Source of the DNA: Adineta vaga
Taxonomy: Eukaryota; Animalia; Rotifera
Assembly: GCA_021613535.1 (NCBI GenBank)
Contig: CP075494.1
Coordinates: 992,001 to 1,056,000 of the forward strand
Direction of reading: 5' to 3'
Length of the DNA: 64,000 nucleotides
Part shown: piece by piece, positions 62,956-64,000 of the stretch
How positions within the stretch are numbered: the stretch's first letter is position 1
Layout: every line of letters starts with the position of its first letter
The notes under the pieces: generated by a model
The model's input: only the letters and a program-made list of their open reading frames with translations
Told to the model about the DNA's origin: nothing
Databases searched by the model: none
Made by a program: the position numbers and the translations under genes

Positions 62956-63122
62956 ATACACGCTGCCAATTCGAAAAAATTCATATTTCGTATTTTTCTT
63001 ACGATGATGAAAATTCTTTCTTCTTTTTTTCTTTTCTTTTCAACTAAAGTGTTTTTCTTGATTTTGAATTACTTAAGTTAATATAGAAATATTTACGAAA
63101 AAAAAAGTTTCAATTTGAATAA

Positions 63123-64000
63123 ATGGCAAATGATGACAAAATCAGAGATTCTCGTCAAGATTATTCAAAATTAATCAATCATCAATCATTGATAAAACAA
63201 ATTGATGAATGGGAAAGAAATTCAATTGAAAAAATTCAACATACAGCACAAGAATGTCGAGAAGAACTTCTTAAGTATATGACGAATAATATTTGGAACA
63301 TTGAAAAAAAATTTAATGAATTAAAACATATTCAACGAGAAAATCAATCAAATGAAATGAATTTTGAATATTTAAAAAAACGATTCGATGTTATGACAAA
63401 AGAATTTGATTGTCCATCAATAATTTCTATTCGAGAAGAAAATTCACAAGATTTTATTAAGAAAATTTCAATTGAATTTTGTGTAGAAAACAAATCGAAT
63501 AAATGGAAAGAAAATGGAAAGATTATTGCAGGACAAAATGGACAAGGAGAAGGATTGAATCAACTTAATAATCCTCAAGGAATATGTATTGATAAAAATA
63601 AGAATATTTTCATTGCTGATACATGGAATCATCGGATTCTTCAAAGAAAATCAAATGAAAATCAATGGAAAATTATTGCAGGTGGAAATGGACAAGGTGA
63701 TGATACTGATCAATTAGATAAACCAACGGATGTGATTTTTGATGAACAAAATAATTCATTGATTATTGCTGATACAGGAAATAAACGAGTTATTCAATTA
63801 TGTTTAGATCAAAGTCAAGGAATGAGTCGATTTATTCCTTGGTGGAATGAAAATCAAGAAGAAATTCTCATCGAAGATATTAATTGTTGGGGTTTAGCAA
63901 TGGATAAATTTGGATTTCTCTATGTTTCGGATTTTATTAACAATGAAGTGAGAAAATGGAAAATTGGCGAAGAAAAAGGTCAATTAGTAGCGGGAGGAAA
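63123..64000 (+). CDS. Coiled-coil + NHL-repeat protein (partial, runs off the window)
   Basis: QIDEWERNSIEKIQ coiled coil; IAGQNGQGEGLNQLNNPQGICID..IFIADTWNHRI NHL repeats. Confidence 0.85.
   Translation, partial: MANDDKIRDSRQDYSKLINHQSLIKQIDEWERNSIEKIQHTAQECREELLKYMTNNIWNIEKKFNELKHIQRENQSNEMNFEYLKKRFDVMTKEFDCPSIISIREENSQDFIKKISIEFCVENKSNKWKENGKIIAGQNGQGEGLNQLNNPQGICIDKNKNIFIADTWNHRILQRKSNENQWKIIAGGNGQGDDTDQLDKPTDVIFDEQNNSLIIADTGNKRVIQLCLDQSQGMSRFIPWWNENQEEILIEDINCWGLAMDKFGFLYVSDFINNEVRKWKIGEEKGQLVAGG

Noticed and set aside
140-63047. Many short 60-140 aa ORFs in the track (e.g. 140-499, 3250-3609, 13186-13620, 40702-41073, 49575-49919)
   Set aside because: Antisense or alternative-frame shadows of real genes, or TE non-coding sequence; no recognisable motifs

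Overview
AT-rich eukaryotic DNA with short (~55-65 bp) GT-AG introns. The gene families (intronless class-A-like GPCRs, LDLa/EGF-GPCR, F-box/LRR, NHL, VIT-vWA), the PLE-type hammerheads and the TGTGGG/TGAGGG repeats point to a bdelloid rotifer; this is an inference. The window is a patchwork of unrelated accessory genes and transposon remnants (Helitron Pif1, hAT, piggyBac, MITEs, a PLE-like pLTR). The dominant unexplained structure is about 22 short palindromic junctions, consensus (CCA)TCTTGAGGGTGTGGGTGT-[~10-25 nt unique spacer]-ACACCCACACCCTCAAG(ATGG). These are head-to-head telomeric-type repeats with a stereotyped outer flank, roughly one every 3 kb and usually one between successive genes. 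Several of them cut through genes or transposons, one arm directly abuts a hammerhead-bearing Athena/Terminon-like end, and two bracket a ~95-bp orphan coding fragment. The region therefore looks assembled from gene-sized, telomere-capped DNA pieces joined end to end, like a cassette array. All product calls come from motif recognition by eye; no database searches were run.
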